DNA from: an uncultured Clostridia bacterium
Lineage (GTDB): Bacteria > Bacillota > Clostridia > Christensenellales > Borkfalkiaceae
NCBI GenBank assembly: GCA_944328405.1
Contig: CALVHP010000169.1
Location: 1-45,863, forward strand
Direction: 5' to 3'
DNA: 45,863 bases
In this document: in pieces, positions 43,845-45,863 of the stretch
Layout: every line of letters begins with the position of its first letter
How positions within the stretch are numbered: the first letter of the stretch is position 1
The notes under the pieces: model-generated
The model's database searches: none
What the model was told of the DNA's origin: nothing
Seen by the model: the letters and a program-made list of their open reading frames with translations, nothing else
Made by a program: the position numbers and the translations under genes

Positions 43845-44825
43845 TTACTCCCACTCGATGGTGCCGCAGGGCTTGGGCGTAAGGTCGTACAGCACGCGGT
43901 TGACGCCCTTCACCTCTTTCGTGATGCGGTCGGTGATTTTCTGCAGCAACGCGAAGGGCACGTCTTCGACGGTCGCCGTCATCGCGTCCACCGTGTTGAC
44001 CGCGCGGAGGATGACCGGATATTCAAAAGTGCGCTTCCCGCCCTTCACGCCGACAGACTTGAAATCGGGCACGACGGTGAAATACTGCCACACCTTGCCT
44101 TCCAGCCCGTTTTTTGCGAACTCTTCGCGCAGGATGGCGTCCGACTCGCGCACGCATTCCAGCCGCTCGCGCGTGATCGCACCCAGGCAGCGCACGCCCA
44201 GCCCCGGGCCGGGGAACGGCTGGCGGTACACCATATTGTCGGGCAGGCCCAGCGCCTTGCCGACGACGCGCACTTCGTCCTTGAACAGGAATTTCAGCGG
44301 TTCGACGAGTTCGAATTTGAGATCTTCGGGCAGTCCGCCCACGTTGTGATGCGCCTTGACGGGGCCGCTCTCCAAAATGTCCGGATAGATGGTGCCCTGC
44401 GCCAGGAACTCGATGCCGTCCTGCTTGCGCGCCTCTTCTTCGAACACGCGGATGAACTCCGCGCCGATGATCTTGCGCTTTGTTTCGGGATCGGCCACGC
44501 CCGCCAGCTTATCTAAGAAACGGTCGACCGCGTCCACATACACGAGGTTTGCGTTCATCTGGTTCTGAAAGACTTCGACGACCTGCTCCGGCTCTCCCTT
44601 GCGCAGAAGCCCGTGGTTGACGTGCACGCACACGAGGTTTTTGCCGATCGCACGGATCAGCAGCGCCGCCACGACGGACGAATCGACGCCGCCCGAAAGC
44701 GCGAGGAGCACTTTTTTGTCTCCCACCTGCTTCCGGATCGCCGCGACCTGTTCTTCGATGAACGCCTGCGCGAGTTTTTCACTGTCGATGCGCGCCATGT
44801 TCTCGGGGCGCTTGTTGTTCTCCAT
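43845..44825 (-). CDS. GMP synthase ATP-pyrophosphatase plus C-terminal domains only (no glutamine amidotransferase), 326 aa
   Basis: SD GGAGG then MENNKRPEN; [11 protein letters not shown]-loop, [43 protein letters not shown]. Confidence 0.92.
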   Translation of the reverse strand: MENNKRPENMARIDSEKLAQAFIEEQVAAIRKQVGDKKVLLALSGGVDSSVVAALLIRAIGKNLVCVHVNHGLLRKGEPEQVVEVFQNQMNANLVYVDAVDRFLDKLAGVADPETKRKIIGAEFIRVFEEEARKQDGIEFLAQGTIYPDILESGPVKAHHNVGGLPEDLKFELVEPLKFLFKDEVRVVGKALGLPDNMVYRQPFPGPGLGVRCLGAITRERLECVRESDAILREEFAKNGLEGKVWQYFTVVPDFKSVGVKGGKRTFEYPVILRAVNTVDAMTATVEDVPFALLQKITDRITKEVKGVNRVLYDLTPKPCGTIEWE

Positions 44826-44890
44826 AAGACGTCTTCCTCCATAAATTGAATGATACAAAACAAAATGACGCAAACCGTTCCGGCCTGACT

Positions 44891-45760
44891 TTACTTTCTT
44901 CTGTCGGCCCGGAAAAACGGCTCCGCGATCGTTTTTGAAAGGAGCGGCCCGTACAGTTCGGGGCGGCGATACGCGTTGCCCATGACCTCTCCGCGCCGAT
45001 AGCCGCGGAGCATCTCCAGATCGATCTCCGCAAAATACACGCCCTCCTCTTCGGGCGCTTCCAGCACGCACATATCACGAGCGCCGGGTTCACCGTCCAG
45101 CCAGGCGACCCCGTCAAACACGGTCGAATGCCCGTTGCAGTCCGGCTGGCCGGACGGGTAATTGCACGTGGCGACCGCCGTCATATTTTCATAAGCGCGG
45201 GCGCGGAGCGCCGCGAGGCGGTTGATCTCCATCGGGCAGGCGTTGGGCGCCAGGATGAGCTCCGCACCTTTGAGCATCAGGATGCGCGCACTTTCGGGAA
45301 ATTCGCGGTCGAAACAGATCATCGCGCCGACCCTGACGGGCCCCTCGGCCGTATCCAGTTCGCCGACTTCGAAATCTTCGCCGGCCGTGAGGAATTTTTC
45401 CTCGTCGAAATCGCAGGTGTGCACTTTGGAATAATGCAGCACTTCCCGCCCGAAGCGGTCGAACAGGCACACGGAATTCTTCGGCTGCATCGCGCAGCTT
45501 TCAAGAAAGGTGACGCCGACCGCCATTTCCAGCTCGCGCGCGACGCGGCTGAACGAACGCACGAACATGCCGCCGTACGAGACGGCGCGCCGGCGGAGCG
45601 CTTCGGCCCCTCCGCTCAGGTCGTAGCCGCAGCTCCACATTTCGGGAAAAAGCGCGAGATCCGCGCCGCCCTCCTTGGCTTGTCGGCACCAGGCTTCGCC
45701 CTTTTCGAGATTTTCCGCCTCGCTTTGCCCGGGAAGCAGTTGTAACAACGCTATTTTCAT
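44891..45760 (-). CDS. Carbon-nitrogen hydrolase (nitrilase superfamily amidase)
   Basis: Catalytic triad motifs LFPEMW (E), YSKVH (K), ICFDREFPE (C); RARAYEN, GHS. Confidence 0.92.
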   Translation of the reverse strand: MKIALLQLLPGQSEAENLEKGEAWCRQAKEGGADLALFPEMWSCGYDLSGGAEALRRRAVSYGGMFVRSFSRVARELEMAVGVTFLESCAMQPKNSVCLFDRFGREVLHYSKVHTCDFDEEKFLTAGEDFEVGELDTAEGPVRVGAMICFDREFPESARILMLKGAELILAPNACPMEINRLAALRARAYENMTAVATCNYPSGQPDCNGHSTVFDGVAWLDGEPGARDMCVLEAPEEEGVYFAEIDLEMLRGYRRGEVMGNAYRRPELYGPLLSKTIAEPFFRADRRK

Positions 45761-45781
45761 CTCATTCGCTCCGCCCCGGAT

Positions 45782-45863
45782 TTACTCCCATTCGATGGTT
45801 GCGGGCGGTTTGCTCGTGATGTCGTACACGACGCGGTTGGCGTGCGGCACTTCGTTGGTGATG
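45782..45863 (-). CDS. guaA: 3' end of canonical GMP synthase (rest lies outside the window)
   Basis: Minus strand translates as ITNEVPHANRVVYDITSKPPATIEWE*, the canonical GuaA C-terminus. Confidence 0.88.
   Translation of the reverse strand, partial: ITNEVPHANRVVYDITSKPPATIEWE

Noticed and set aside
43845-44825. GMPS paralog as a pseudogene or assembly duplicate of guaA
   Set aside because: Intact frame, SD and motifs, and its 3' end differs clearly from the adjacent guaA end.
44826-45071. 82-aa N-terminal extension of the GMPS paralog as a GATase remnant
   Set aside because: Overlaps the nitrilase in another frame, has no GATase motifs, and a strong SD sits before ATG 44825.

Overview
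GC-rich chromosomal segment of a spore-forming Clostridia-class Firmicute (yabP/yabQ/ytxC, T-box, L20 leader, cdaA); a Christensenellales-like gut lineage is a guess. It is mostly housekeeping and almost entirely on the minus strand: P-type ATPase; gyrBA; yabP-yabQ-divIC-ppx-M50 peptidase; typA; an Ig-like protein plus a ComEC-type MBL hydrolase; ytxC-(T-box)thrS-(L20 leader)infC-rpmI-rplT-trmH-yebC-proA; leuS; an LTA-synthase-like protein; a long run of DUF4011 helicase, comEA-like, comEC, holA, cdaA, micro-ORF, DUF1015 and aspartate kinase; and guaA(3' end), nitrilase, GMP-synthase ATPPase-only paralog, NMP-kinase-like, HelD-like and HAD genes. I saw no rRNA, tRNA, CRISPR array, transposase or integrase. 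Best leads: (1) a 39-aa ORF absent from the ORF track, coupled to cdaA and resembling only the transmembrane anchor of CdaR; (2) a glutaminase-less GMP-synthase paralog directly downstream of a nitrilase-family amidase and of canonical guaA; (3) an Hhe-like 1890-aa helicase with apparently degenerate accessory active sites heading a stripped-down comE locus; (4) a 51-aa 10-Cys zinc-finger protein behind a SigG-like promoter. All family calls are from motif recognition by eye; no database search was run.
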